A DNA stretch of 64,000 bases. Source: an uncultured Actinomycetes bacterium (GTDB lineage Bacteria > Actinomycetota > Actinomycetes > S36-B12 > UBA10799). Position numbers and translations under genes: made by a program. Shown one piece after another: positions 29,089 to 40,553 of this stretch. The notes under the pieces were generated by a model, which saw only the letters and a list, made by a program, of their open reading frames with translations, was not told the origin of the DNA and made no database searches. Each line of letters opens with the position of its first letter. Position 1 is the stretch's first letter. The stretch is taken from positions 33,262 to 97,261 of the forward strand of contig CAYYRC010000006.1 in assembly GCA_964474045.1 (NCBI GenBank), given 5' to 3'.

Positions 29089-30260
29089 TGTCGGCCACAA
29101 CCACCGTCCCCGCCAAGGCTGCCAAGTCCGCCACGCCGCCGCCGAGCGACCGCGCGGGCGCACTCGCGGCCGACCGCGCGGCGAGCTTCCCGATCCCCAG
29201 CGGGCGCGAAGAGGCCTGGCGCTTCACCCCGCTGGAGCCGCTGCGGGCGCTGCTCGAGGGCACTCCCGCCAGCGGCCCCGAGCCCTCGCTCGATTGGACC
29301 GCAAGCGGGGATGCCGAGGTCGGCGTGGTGCCGCTCGACGACCCGCGGGTCGGATCGGTGCTCGAGCCGGTCGACCGGATCTCGGCCGTGGTGGCCGAGC
29401 GCGCCGAAGACGCGCTGGCCGTCACGGTCCCGGCCCAGGGCGAGGCCGAGGTGGTCGTCCGGGTGACCGGCGACGGCGGTACCGGCTATGCCTATGCGCT
29501 GATCGACATCGGCGCCGGCGCGACGGCGACGGTGGTCCTCGACCACTCCGGCGCCGCGACCATCGCCGCGGACGTGGAGATCCGCGTCGGCGACGGGGCG
29601 CGTCTGACCTTCGCCAGCGTCCAGGACTGGGCCGACGGGGCGGTGCACGTCAGCCACCATCACACCCGCGTCGGCCGGGACGCCGAGTTCACCTCGGTCG
29701 TGGTCACCCTGGGCGGCGAGCTCGTGCGCATCACGCCCACGGTCAGCTACGACGGCCCCGGCGGCAGCGCGGAGCTGCTGGGCGTGTACTTCGCCGACGC
29801 CGGGCAGCACCTGGAGCACCGGCTTTTCGTCGACCACGCCGAGCCGCACTGCCGCTCCCGCGTGACGTACAAGGGGGCGCTGCAGGGGTCGGGCGCACAC
29901 ACCGTCTGGATCGGCGACGTCCTCATCCGGGCGGCCGCCACCGGCACCGACACCTACGAGCTCAACCGCAACCTCGTGCTGTCCGAGGGCGCCCGCGCCG
30001 ACTCGGTGCCCAACCTCGAGATCGAGACCGGGCAGATCGAGGGTGCCGGCCACGCCAGCGCCACCGGCCGTTTCGACGACGAGCAGCTGTTCTACCTGAT
30101 GTCGCGCGGGATCCCGGCGGCCGAGGCGCGGCGCCTGGTGGTGCTCGGCTTCTTCGGCGAGATCATCGACCAGCTTCCGCTCCCGGCGCTGCGCGAGCGG
30201 CTGCTGCGGGCGGTCGCGGCCGAGCTGGGCTACGAGTACACAGAGGAGGACGACGCATGA
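29088..30260 (+). CDS. sufD: Fe-S cluster assembly protein SufD
   Basis: TGATG overlap with sufB. C-terminal [12 protein letters not shown] motif shared with SufB. Confidence 0.9.
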   Translation: MSATTTVPAKAAKSATPPPSDRAGALAADRAASFPIPSGREEAWRFTPLEPLRALLEGTPASGPEPSLDWTASGDAEVGVVPLDDPRVGSVLEPVDRISAVVAERAEDALAVTVPAQGEAEVVVRVTGDGGTGYAYALIDIGAGATATVVLDHSGAATIAADVEIRVGDGARLTFASVQDWADGAVHVSHHHTRVGRDAEFTSVVVTLGGELVRITPTVSYDGPGGSAELLGVYFADAGQHLEHRLFVDHAEPHCRSRVTYKGALQGSGAHTVWIGDVLIRAAATGTDTYELNRNLVLSEGARADSVPNLEIETGQIEGAGHASATGRFDDEQLFYLMSRGIPAAEARRLVVLGFFGEIIDQLPLPALRERLLRAVAAELGYEYTEEDDA

Positions 30261-30574
30261 CACTGCAGGACGTGTACCGCCTGGGCGACCTGGTCGACGG
30301 CCAGGCGGTCCGGGTGGTGGTGGGGGCGCAGCCGATCGCGCTGGTGCTCACCGACGGCGAGCTCTTCGCCGTGGACGACCGCTGCTCGCACGCGGACGTG
30401 TCGCTGTCCGAGGGCGAGGTGGAGGGCTGCCTGATCGAGTGCTGGCTGCACGGCTCGCAGTTCGACCTGCGCACCGGCCAGCCCACCTGCCTTCCCGCCA
30501 ACGCCCCCGTGGCCACGTTCAGCGTCGCGGTGTCCGGCGAGGGCCCGGACGCCCGAGTCCTCATCGACGTCTGA
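30257..30574 (+). CDS. Rieske-type [2Fe-2S] ferredoxin embedded in the suf operon
   Basis: CSHADVSL and CWLHGSQF ligand boxes. 105 aa. ATGA overlap with sufD. Confidence 0.85.
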   Translation: MTLQDVYRLGDLVDGQAVRVVVGAQPIALVLTDGELFAVDDRCSHADVSLSEGEVEGCLIECWLHGSQFDLRTGQPTCLPANAPVATFSVAVSGEGPDARVLIDV

Positions 30575-30619
30575 CCCTGTCTTCCACCTGACCGCACCCC
30601 TTCCCGACGAGAGAGCGAC

Positions 30620-33208
<2,589 letters not shown>

Positions 33209-33212
<4 letters not shown>

Positions 33213-33538
33213 CTGCTGCGGAAGCCGAGGCGGCGGATCGGGAGGCGGTGTTCGAGGCCATGCGCGACGTGGTCGACCCCGAGCTGGGGATCAACGTCGT
33301 GGACCTGGGCCTGGTGTACGACGTGCACGTCGAGGAGGATGCAACAGTCACCCTCGACATGACGTTGACATCGGCGGCCTGCCCCCTCACGGATGTCATC
33401 GAGGACCAGACCCGGGCTGCGCTGGACGGCGTCGCCCCGGACTACCGGATCAACTGGGTGTGGATGCCGCCCTGGGGCCCCGAGAAGATCACCGACGACG
33501 GTCGGGAGATGTTGCGGGCCCTAGGCTTCAACGTGTGA
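33209..33538 (+). CDS. DUF59 / FeS_assembly_P (SufT-like) protein
   Basis: DPELGINVVDLGLVY and LTSAACPL motifs. 109 aa. Confidence 0.88.
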
Positions 33539-35133
33539 TCAGCGTCCACGATCTCGAGCTGCGCGCCGGTGCCCGGCTGCTGGTGTCGGAGGCCTCGTTC
33601 CGCGTGGCCGCCGGCGACAAGGTGGGTCTGGTCGGGCGCAACGGGGCGGGGAAGACCACGATGATGCGCACGCTGGCGGGCGAGACCCAGCCCGCTGTCG
33701 GCGACATCCGCCGCAGCGGCAGCGTCGGCTACCTGCCCCAGGACCCGCGGACGGCCGATCCCGACCAGCTCGTGCGCGACCGCATCCTCTCCGCGCGGGA
33801 TCTGCACGACGTCGTGCGCCGCATGCGCGCCGCCGAAAAGCGGATGGCCTCTGCCGACGATGGCACCCGCGACGACGCCATGCGCCGCTACACCCGCGCC
33901 GAGGCCGAGTTCACCGCCGCCGGCGGCTACGCGGCCGAGTCTGAGGCTGCTGCGGTGGCGGCGGGCATCGGCATCGATCAGCGGCTGCTGGACCAGCCGT
34001 TGGGCACGCTGTCCGGTGGGCAGCGCCGCCGGGTCGAGCTCGCTCGGCTGCTGTTCGCCGGCGACGACACCCTGCTGCTCGACGAGCCCACCAACCACCT
34101 GGACGCCGACTCGATCGTCTGGCTGCGCCAGTTCCTGCACAACTATCCCGGCGGCGTGATCGTCATCAGCCACGACACCGGGCTGCTGGACGCGACGGTC
34201 AACAAGGTCATGTACCTGGACGCCGCCCGCGCGCACCTCGACGTCTACAGCCTGGGCTGGACGGCGTACCTGGCCGAGCGCGAGGCCACCGAGCGCCGCC
34301 GCCGCCGCACGGCCGCGACTGCGGCCAAGCAGGCTGGTGCCCTGCAACAGCAGGCCGAGAAGATGCGGGCCAAGGCAACCAAGGCGAAGGCCGCACAGAA
34401 CATGTTCCGCCGCGCCGACCAGCTGCTGGCCGCCGCGGCCGCGGAGGGGCCGCACGACAAGGTCGCCCGCCTGCGCTTCCCGGAGCCCGCGCCCTGCGGC
34501 CGGGTGCCGCTGACCGCCCGCGCCCTGAGCAAGTCCTATGGCTCGCAGGAGGTCTTCATGGATGTCGACCTGGCCGTGGACCGGGGCGCGCGCGTTGTGG
34601 TGCTCGGCCTCAACGGCGCCGGCAAGACCACTCTGCTGCGGATCCTGGGCGGCGTCGAGACGTCGGACACCGGGGCGGTCGAGGCCGGGCACGGCGCGCG
34701 CGTCGGCTACTACGCCCAGGAGCACGAGACCCTGGACCCGGACGCCAGCGTGCTGCTCAACCTCGTGCACTCGTCGGCGGCGCTCGGCGAGCAACAGGCC
34801 CGCGACGTGCTGGGCTCGTTCCTCTTCTCGGGCGCCGTGGTCGACCAGCCCGCGGGCACGCTGTCCGGCGGCGAGAAGACGCGCCTGGCGCTGGCGATGC
34901 TGGTCGTCTCAGGGGCGAACGTGCTGTTGCTGGACGAGCCGACGAACAACTTGGACCCGGCCAGCCGGGACGAGGTGCTGTCGGCCCTGGCGAGCTACGA
35001 GGGGGCGGTGGTGCTCGTCACCCACGATCCGGGCGCCGTGGCCGCCCTGGCGCCGGAGCGCGTGCTGCTGCTGCCCGATGGCGATGAGGACCTGTGGCGC
35101 GACGACTACGCAGAACTAGTCGAGCTGGCCTGA
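33535..35133 (+). CDS. ABC-F family ATPase (two cassettes, no TM domain)
   Basis: GRNGAGKTT/LSGGQRRR and GLNGAGKTT/LSGGEKTR separated by an Arg/Ala-rich linker. GTG 33535 overlaps the preceding stop. Confidence 0.9.
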   Translation: MISVHDLELRAGARLLVSEASFRVAAGDKVGLVGRNGAGKTTMMRTLAGETQPAVGDIRRSGSVGYLPQDPRTADPDQLVRDRILSARDLHDVVRRMRAAEKRMASADDGTRDDAMRRYTRAEAEFTAAGGYAAESEAAAVAAGIGIDQRLLDQPLGTLSGGQRRRVELARLLFAGDDTLLLDEPTNHLDADSIVWLRQFLHNYPGGVIVISHDTGLLDATVNKVMYLDAARAHLDVYSLGWTAYLAEREATERRRRRTAATAAKQAGALQQQAEKMRAKATKAKAAQNMFRRADQLLAAAAAEGPHDKVARLRFPEPAPCGRVPLTARALSKSYGSQEVFMDVDLAVDRGARVVVLGLNGAGKTTLLRILGGVETSDTGAVEAGHGARVGYYAQEHETLDPDASVLLNLVHSSAALGEQQARDVLGSFLFSGAVVDQPAGTLSGGEKTRLALAMLVVSGANVLLLDEPTNNLDPASRDEVLSALASYEGAVVLVTHDPGAVAALAPERVLLLPDGDEDLWRDDYAELVELA

Positions 35134-35136
35134 AAC

Positions 35137-35166
35137 GCCTGTGCCGGATACGTGCCGCGCACAGGC
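35137..35166 (+). terminator. Hairpin GCCTGTGC-N14-GCACAGGC 4 nt after the ABC-F stop
   Basis: 8-bp perfect inverted repeat read directly, followed by a T-containing AT-richer stretch. Confidence 0.4.
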
Positions 35167-35302
35167 ATCACTCTGGGTTATCATTCGGTTGTTCAGTTAC
35201 GCCCATGGGTACTCGACGGGTGGCGCGCAAGCCTCGCCCGTCCCCATCGGCATCGTCTGGAAGGACCCTGCGGGGGGTCGTCGCAACTTGGCGGAGGGCT
35301 AC

Positions 35303-35512
35303 ATGGCATCGGATAACTCTGGACGGCGTATCGTTGGCGACGAGCGCCAGTCCCTAGCCGAGCAGTACCAGCAGCAGTACCAGGCCGGACAGAGCATCCG
35401 CGCGATCGCGGAGGCTTCGGGGCGCTCGTATGGATTCGTCCACCGGGTTCTCAGCGAGAATGGCGTCGAGCTTCGTGCGCGCGGTGGCGACACGAAGCGG
35501 AGGACGTCCTGA
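35303..35512 (+). CDS. Small helix-turn-helix protein (69 aa)
   Basis: QSIRAIAEASGRSYGFVHRVLSENGV HTH. GGAGGG lies 5 nt before ATG 35303. The upstream part of ORF 35141.. is unlikely to be coding. Confidence 0.7.
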   Translation: MASDNSGRRIVGDERQSLAEQYQQQYQAGQSIRAIAEASGRSYGFVHRVLSENGVELRARGGDTKRRTS

Positions 35513-35583
35513 CAAGCGCAAACACCCAACACCTGCTCTCGGCGGCCGGGGTAGTCGCCACCGCCGACGGACCCATCCTGCGG

Positions 35584-36306
35584 GTGCGGCTCGACCGTCC
35601 CGACAAGCACAACGCGCAGACGCCGTCCATGTGGGCGGCACTGGCCGCCCTCGGCGACGACCTGCCCGAGGGGATCAGGGTCGTCATCCTCAGCGGGGCC
35701 GGGCAGTCTTTCTCGGCTGGGCTGGATCGCCGCATGTTCGTGGAGGGGCTGCCCGGCGAGGCGTCGCTGGTCGGCCTCGCGGAGAAGCCCGCCTCCGAGG
35801 TGGAGGACATCATCGCCGGCTACCAGCGCGCCTTCACCTGGTGGCGCGAGCGCCCGGTGGTGACGATCGCGGCCGTGCAGGGGCATGCCATCGGCGCCGG
35901 TTTCCAGCTGGCCTTGGCCTGTGACCTGATGATCGTGGAGGCCACGGCGTCGCTGTCGATGAAGGAGATCCAGCTGGGTCTCGTCCCCGACCTCGCCGGT
36001 ACGTTGCCGCTCGTCCGCGCGGTGGGCTATCAGCGCGCCCTGGAGCTCTGCCTGACCGGCCGGGCCATCAGCGGCGACGAGGCGGCGGCCATCGGCTTGG
36101 CGATCACCGCCGTGCCGGAGGGCCAGGCGGCCGCAGCCGCGGACGATTTGGCCGCGGGCATCACGGCCGCCGCCCCGAACGCGACCACGGCGGTGCTCGG
36201 CCTCATCCGCGGCGCGCACGGGCGCGACCTGACCGAGCAGACCGCCGCCGAGCGTGCCGCACAGTACGGCCGGATCACCGAGCTCGCCGCCCTGATGCAG
36301 CGCTAG
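35584..36306 (+). CDS. Enoyl-CoA hydratase/isomerase (crotonase) family protein
   Basis: VILSGAGQSFSAGLD and AVQGHAIGAGFQLALACDL oxyanion-hole motifs. The frame stays open upstream, so the true start may be earlier. Confidence 0.85.
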   Translation: MRLDRPDKHNAQTPSMWAALAALGDDLPEGIRVVILSGAGQSFSAGLDRRMFVEGLPGEASLVGLAEKPASEVEDIIAGYQRAFTWWRERPVVTIAAVQGHAIGAGFQLALACDLMIVEATASLSMKEIQLGLVPDLAGTLPLVRAVGYQRALELCLTGRAISGDEAAAIGLAITAVPEGQAAAAADDLAAGITAAAPNATTAVLGLIRGAHGRDLTEQTAAERAAQYGRITELAALMQR

Positions 36307-36314
36307 GCACCGCC

Positions 36315-38225
36315 GTGTCGATGCACGGCGGGCCGATGTCGACCCTGCGGTCGTTCACGCGCGACTCCTCGGTCACCCAGGTCACGCTGAAGCCGGGCAC
36401 GTGGCGTCGGATCCTCGGCTACGCGCGCCCGTACCGCAGCCTGATCTGGGTGTTCCTGGTTATCCTGGTGATCGACGCCGGGCTGACGGTGGCGCAGCCG
36501 CTGCTGTTCAAGCGGATCATCGACCAGGGCATCACACCGGGCAACAGCGCCGTCGTCACCACCACGGCGATCATCGCCGGTGTGGTCGCCCTCGTCGACG
36601 CCGGCCTCGGCCTGCTCAACCGCTGGTACTCGGCCCGGATCGGCGAGGGGCTGATCTACGACCTGCGCACCGAGGTGTTCGGGCATGTGCAGACGCAGTC
36701 GGTCGCGTTCTTCACCCGGGCCCAGACCGGGGCGTTGGTGTCGCGGCTCAACAGCGACGTCATCGGCGCCCAGCAGGCCTTCACCTCCACCATGTCCGGG
36801 GTGCTGGGAAACCTCATCAGCGTCACCGTCGTGCTCATCACCATGTTCCTGCTGGACTGGCGCATCACCCTGGTGGCGCTCGTGATGCTGCCGCTCTTCC
36901 TGCTACCCGCCCGTTGGATGGGGCGCCGGCTGCAGGCTCTGACCCGCGAGCAGATGACGCTCAACGCCGACATGGCCTCGCAGATGACCGAGCGCTTCAA
37001 CGTCGCGGGAGCGCTGCTGGTCAAGCTCTTCGGCGACCACGACCGGGAGGCCGGCCAGTTCGCCGCGCGAGCCGCCCGGGTACGCGACATCGGCGTGCGC
37101 ATCGCGATGTCCAACCGCTACTTCTTCACCGCTCTGTCCCTGGTCGCGGCGCTGGCCACCGTCATCACCTATGGACTGGGTGGCAACGCGGTGATCGCCG
37201 GCGCGCTCACGCTCGGGACGCTGATCGCCATGACCGGGCTGCTGGCGCAGCTGTACGGGCCGCTCACGGCGCTGTCCAACGTCCGGGTGGACGTCATGAC
37301 CGCCCTCGTCAGCTTCGACCGCGTGTTCGAGGTGCTGGATCTGCCGCCGCTCGTGCGTGACGCCCCCGACGCGCGACCCCTGCCCGAGGGCCCGCTGGCG
37401 ATCCGCTTCGACGATGTGGGGTTCAGGTACCCAGCTGCCGATGAGGTCTCGCTGGCCTCGCTGGAGTCGGTGGCTCGGCTGGAGGCCGCCGCTCCGCACA
37501 CGGTGCTCAAGGGCGTCACGTTCGATGCCCCGGCGGCCGGCATGACCGCGCTGGTCGGCCCCAGCGGCGCCGGCAAGACGACCATCACCGCCCTGGTCGC
37601 GCGGCTGTACGACGCGACCGACGGAGCCGTTTCGGTGGGGGGCATGGACGTGCGCGAGGTGCAGGGCACGTCGCTGCGGGCGGCGGTCGGCTATGTCACG
37701 CAGGAGGCTCACCTTTTTCACGAGTCCATCCGCGAGAACCTGCTCTACGCGCGCAACGACGCGAGCGAGGAAGAGCTGTGGGGCGCCCTGTCTGCGGCGC
37801 AGATCTCGGGCCTCGTGCGCTCGCTTCCCGAGGGTCTGGACACCGTCGTGGGGGACCGGGGACACCGGCTGTCCGGCGGTGAGAAGCAACGGCTGGCGCT
37901 GGCGCGGCTGCTGTTGAAGGGTCCGCGCATCGTCGTGCTGGACGAGGCCACGGCGCACCTGGACAGCGAGAGCGAGGCGGCCGTGCAGCGGGCGCTGGAC
38001 AACGCGTTGGCGGGCCGCACCTCGCTAGTGATCGCTCATCGGCTGTCGACGGTGCGCCAGGCCGACCAGATCCTGGTGGTGGACGACGGTCGGGTGGTCG
38101 AGCGGGGCACGCATACCGAACTGCTGGCCCGCGGCGGGTTGTACGCCGATCTGTACGCGACCCAGTTCGACGAGAGCCGATACCAGGCCGGTGCCGCGCG
38201 GGACGTCGTCGGACCCGCGGACTAA
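36315..38225 (+). CDS. ABC exporter, fused permease/ATPase (MsbA/MdlB-like)
   Basis: Six-TM N-terminal domain. GPSGAGKTT, LSGGEKQR and VVLDEATAHLD. Confidence 0.9.
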   Translation: MSMHGGPMSTLRSFTRDSSVTQVTLKPGTWRRILGYARPYRSLIWVFLVILVIDAGLTVAQPLLFKRIIDQGITPGNSAVVTTTAIIAGVVALVDAGLGLLNRWYSARIGEGLIYDLRTEVFGHVQTQSVAFFTRAQTGALVSRLNSDVIGAQQAFTSTMSGVLGNLISVTVVLITMFLLDWRITLVALVMLPLFLLPARWMGRRLQALTREQMTLNADMASQMTERFNVAGALLVKLFGDHDREAGQFAARAARVRDIGVRIAMSNRYFFTALSLVAALATVITYGLGGNAVIAGALTLGTLIAMTGLLAQLYGPLTALSNVRVDVMTALVSFDRVFEVLDLPPLVRDAPDARPLPEGPLAIRFDDVGFRYPAADEVSLASLESVARLEAAAPHTVLKGVTFDAPAAGMTALVGPSGAGKTTITALVARLYDATDGAVSVGGMDVREVQGTSLRAAVGYVTQEAHLFHESIRENLLYARNDASEEELWGALSAAQISGLVRSLPEGLDTVVGDRGHRLSGGEKQRLALARLLLKGPRIVVLDEATAHLDSESEAAVQRALDNALAGRTSLVIAHRLSTVRQADQILVVDDGRVVERGTHTELLARGGLYADLYATQFDESRYQAGAARDVVGPAD

Positions 38226-39067
38226 CCCGGGCCGAAGGTCGTGCCGCCGTCCACCGGGATGAGCGCCCCGGTGATGTAGCTCGACGCCGGCGACAGCAGG
38301 AACGCCGCAGCCGCGGCGAACTCCGAGGGCTCGCCGTAGCGGCGCAGGGGGATGCGCGACTCGCGCTTGCGCCGCACCGATTCCGGCGGACCGTTGCGGG
38401 CGTCGAGGGCGAAGACCCGGTCGGTGGCGATGTTGGCTGGGGCCAGCCCGTTCACGCGGATTCCCCGCGGCCCCCATTCCCCCGCGAGCTCGTGGACCAG
38501 GTTGGCCAGGCCCGGGCGCAGGCCGTTGCTGAGCGCGAGCTCGGGCAGCGGCTTGTAGATCGACGTGCTCAGGACGAAGACGACCGAGGTGTCCGGCGCG
38601 CGCCGCCCCGGGTGCACGGTGCCACCGGCGGTCGGGGGCGGAGCCGGTTGGTTCGGCGGCGATGGCGGGGCGCTGTGGTGCTCGATGGCGGCCGCGACCG
38701 AGCGGGCCAGCCGCAGCGGGCCGAGGAACACGGTCTCGAAGGCGTCCCGCCAGGCGTCGTCGCCGGTGGCGCTGACGCGGCTCGGGGGAGGGCCGCCGGT
38801 TCCCACCAAGGCGCCGTCCAGGCGGCCGAAGCGGGCGGCCGCGGCGGCGACCGCGCGGGGGGCCAGATCGGGGTCGCGCAGATCGCCGGGGATGGGCACG
38901 CAGCGATCGTTGCCGACGGCGGACATGAGCTCGGCCAGGTGCTGCTCGAACCGGCCGACGGCTACCACCCCGGCGCCGGCGGCGACCAGGGTCTCGACCG
39001 TCGCGCGCCCCAGGCCGCGGGAACCGCCCGACACGACGTACACACGGCCCGCGAGTCCCAGATCCAC
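38222..39067 (-). CDS. Atypical SDR-family protein with Pro-rich insertion
   Basis: Starts VDLGLAGRVYVVSGGSRGLGRA at GTG 39067, giving a Rossmann fold. C-terminal IPVDGG. See the finding on the missing YxxxK motif. Confidence 0.75.
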   Translation of the reverse strand: MDLGLAGRVYVVSGGSRGLGRATVETLVAAGAGVVAVGRFEQHLAELMSAVGNDRCVPIPGDLRDPDLAPRAVAAAAARFGRLDGALVGTGGPPPSRVSATGDDAWRDAFETVFLGPLRLARSVAAAIEHHSAPPSPPNQPAPPPTAGGTVHPGRRAPDTSVVFVLSTSIYKPLPELALSNGLRPGLANLVHELAGEWGPRGIRVNGLAPANIATDRVFALDARNGPPESVRRKRESRIPLRRYGEPSEFAAAAAFLLSPASSYITGALIPVDGGTTFGPG

Positions 39068-39132
39068 ATGCGGATTCTGCCTGAGCACGCAGCGTGATGC
39101 GTCGCGGGATACAGGAAAGCCCGTATTGGCGC

Positions 39133-39903
39133 TCAGGCTCCGCCCGCATGTTCCTCGGCCGCCCGGGACCCGGGGGACTCCTCCCGGCCGGTGCGGACCT
39201 CTCGGCGGACCAGGATCACCCAGCCGATCGGGAGCATGAGGGCGAACGCGAGCCACTGCCAGGCATAGGCCAGGTGCGGCCCCAGCCCGAGTTCGGGCAC
39301 CGGCACGGCCTTGACCCCGGAGTCCGGCGGCGTGCTGGACATCGCGACCAGGTAGGCGGGATAGACGGCGGTGCCGGGGTTGAGCGCCGTGGGGTCGAGC
39401 GCGGTCACCTGGCCCGCGGGCAGGTCCGCGGGCGTCGGCTGGGTTGCGCGCTCGGACTCCTGCAGCCAACCCGTGACCGTCACCGTCCCTGCCGGCGGCG
39501 CCGGGACCGGGGGCGACTGGCGGGCATCGGCGCTCTGCGGGACCCAGCCCCGCAGCACCTCCACGATCGGGCCGGCGTCGGTCCGCAGGGACGCGACCGA
39601 CCAGTAGCCGGCGGAGCCGCCCAGGCTGCGCCGGCGCACAAGGGCGGCGGAGTCGGGCAGGTAGGTGCCGGTCGCCGTCGCTATCCGGTAGCGCCGATCG
39701 GGTGGCAGCGCCGCATCCGCCGAGGTGAGCTCGGACAACGGTGCGGGGGCGGTCGCGGAGTTCGCGCGGATAAGGGCGTCGGCGGCGCTGCGGTGGACGT
39801 GGCGCGAGTACTGCCAGTTGGCGGCCAGCAGGCACAGCGCCACCCCGACCGGCACCAGGAGGGTGAAGGCGATCCACTTGGGCTGGCGCAGGAAGGAGAA
39901 CAC
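39133..39903 (-). CDS. SURF1-family cytochrome oxidase biogenesis protein
   Basis: N- and C-terminal TM helices. LLAANWQYSRH and LAYAWQWLAFAL motifs. Confidence 0.8.
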   Translation of the reverse strand: MFSFLRQPKWIAFTLLVPVGVALCLLAANWQYSRHVHRSAADALIRANSATAPAPLSELTSADAALPPDRRYRIATATGTYLPDSAALVRRRSLGGSAGYWSVASLRTDAGPIVEVLRGWVPQSADARQSPPVPAPPAGTVTVTGWLQESERATQPTPADLPAGQVTALDPTALNPGTAVYPAYLVAMSSTPPDSGVKAVPVPELGLGPHLAYAWQWLAFALMLPIGWVILVRREVRTGREESPGSRAAEEHAGGA

Positions 39904-39928
39904 GGTTCGGGAAGCAGTACCGGCGCCG

Positions 39929-40150
39929 CTAGTCGACCGGTGAGTCCTCGAGCCGGAAGCCCACTTTCAGCGTCACCTGGAAGTGGCGCACGTCGCCGTC
40001 GCGGACGTGGCCGCGGATGTCGGTGACCTCGAACCAGTCCAGATGCCGGATGGTCTGGTGGGCCCGGCTGACGGCGTTGCGGATGGCGTCGTCGATGCTC
40101 TCCGGCGAGGTTCCGACGATCTCTGTGAGGGCGTACGTGCGGTTGGCCAT
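39929..40150 (-). CDS. Dodecin-family flavin-binding protein
   Basis: 73 aa, MANRTYALTEIVGTSPESIDDAIRNAV..FQVTLKVGFRLE. Confidence 0.85.
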   Translation of the reverse strand: MANRTYALTEIVGTSPESIDDAIRNAVSRAHQTIRHLDWFEVTDIRGHVRDGDVRHFQVTLKVGFRLEDSPVD

Positions 40151-40210
40151 GCGAGCCTCCGATGCCTGGGCGGGTCTGCGGTGGTGCATCGACCGGGTCG
40201 GCCTTACGGT

Positions 40211-40528
40211 ATGCCTATGCCGAGCCAGTCCCAGGTGTATCGAATCACAGACGCCCACGTGGGCCTGTCGGAGGACCAGCAGGCGCGCACCCGTAGGTAC
40301 TTGATCTCGATGGCGATCCGCACGGCGTGCTTCCTGGGGGCGGTCTTCACCGAGGGATGGATTCGCTGGACCCTCGTCGCGGGTGCCGTGCTGCTGCCCT
40401 ACGTCGCTGTTGTGATCGCCAACGGCGGCCGGGAGCGCAACCACGACGGCGAGGACGTCCGCGCCATCTACGTGCAGCCGCAGGCACAGCCTGAGCTCCC
40501 CTCCTGGCACCCGGACACGCGGGCCTGA
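40211..40528 (+). CDS. DUF3099 membrane protein
   Basis: About 105 aa with two TM helices. RRYLISMAIRTACF and LPYVAVVIAN. Confidence 0.7.
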   Translation: MPMPSQSQVYRITDAHVGLSEDQQARTRRYLISMAIRTACFLGAVFTEGWIRWTLVAGAVLLPYVAVVIANGGRERNHDGEDVRAIYVQPQAQPELPSWHPDTRA

Positions 40529-40553
40529 GAGCGCGCCCGGGCGGCGCGACCGC

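Noticed and set aside
35584-35584. Possible frameshift or pseudogene at the crotonase 5' end, because the frame is open for about 90 nt upstream without an ATG/GTG/TTG.
   Set aside because: The GTG at 35584 still yields a full-length crotonase fold (240 aa). There is no evidence of disruption, only start-codon uncertainty.
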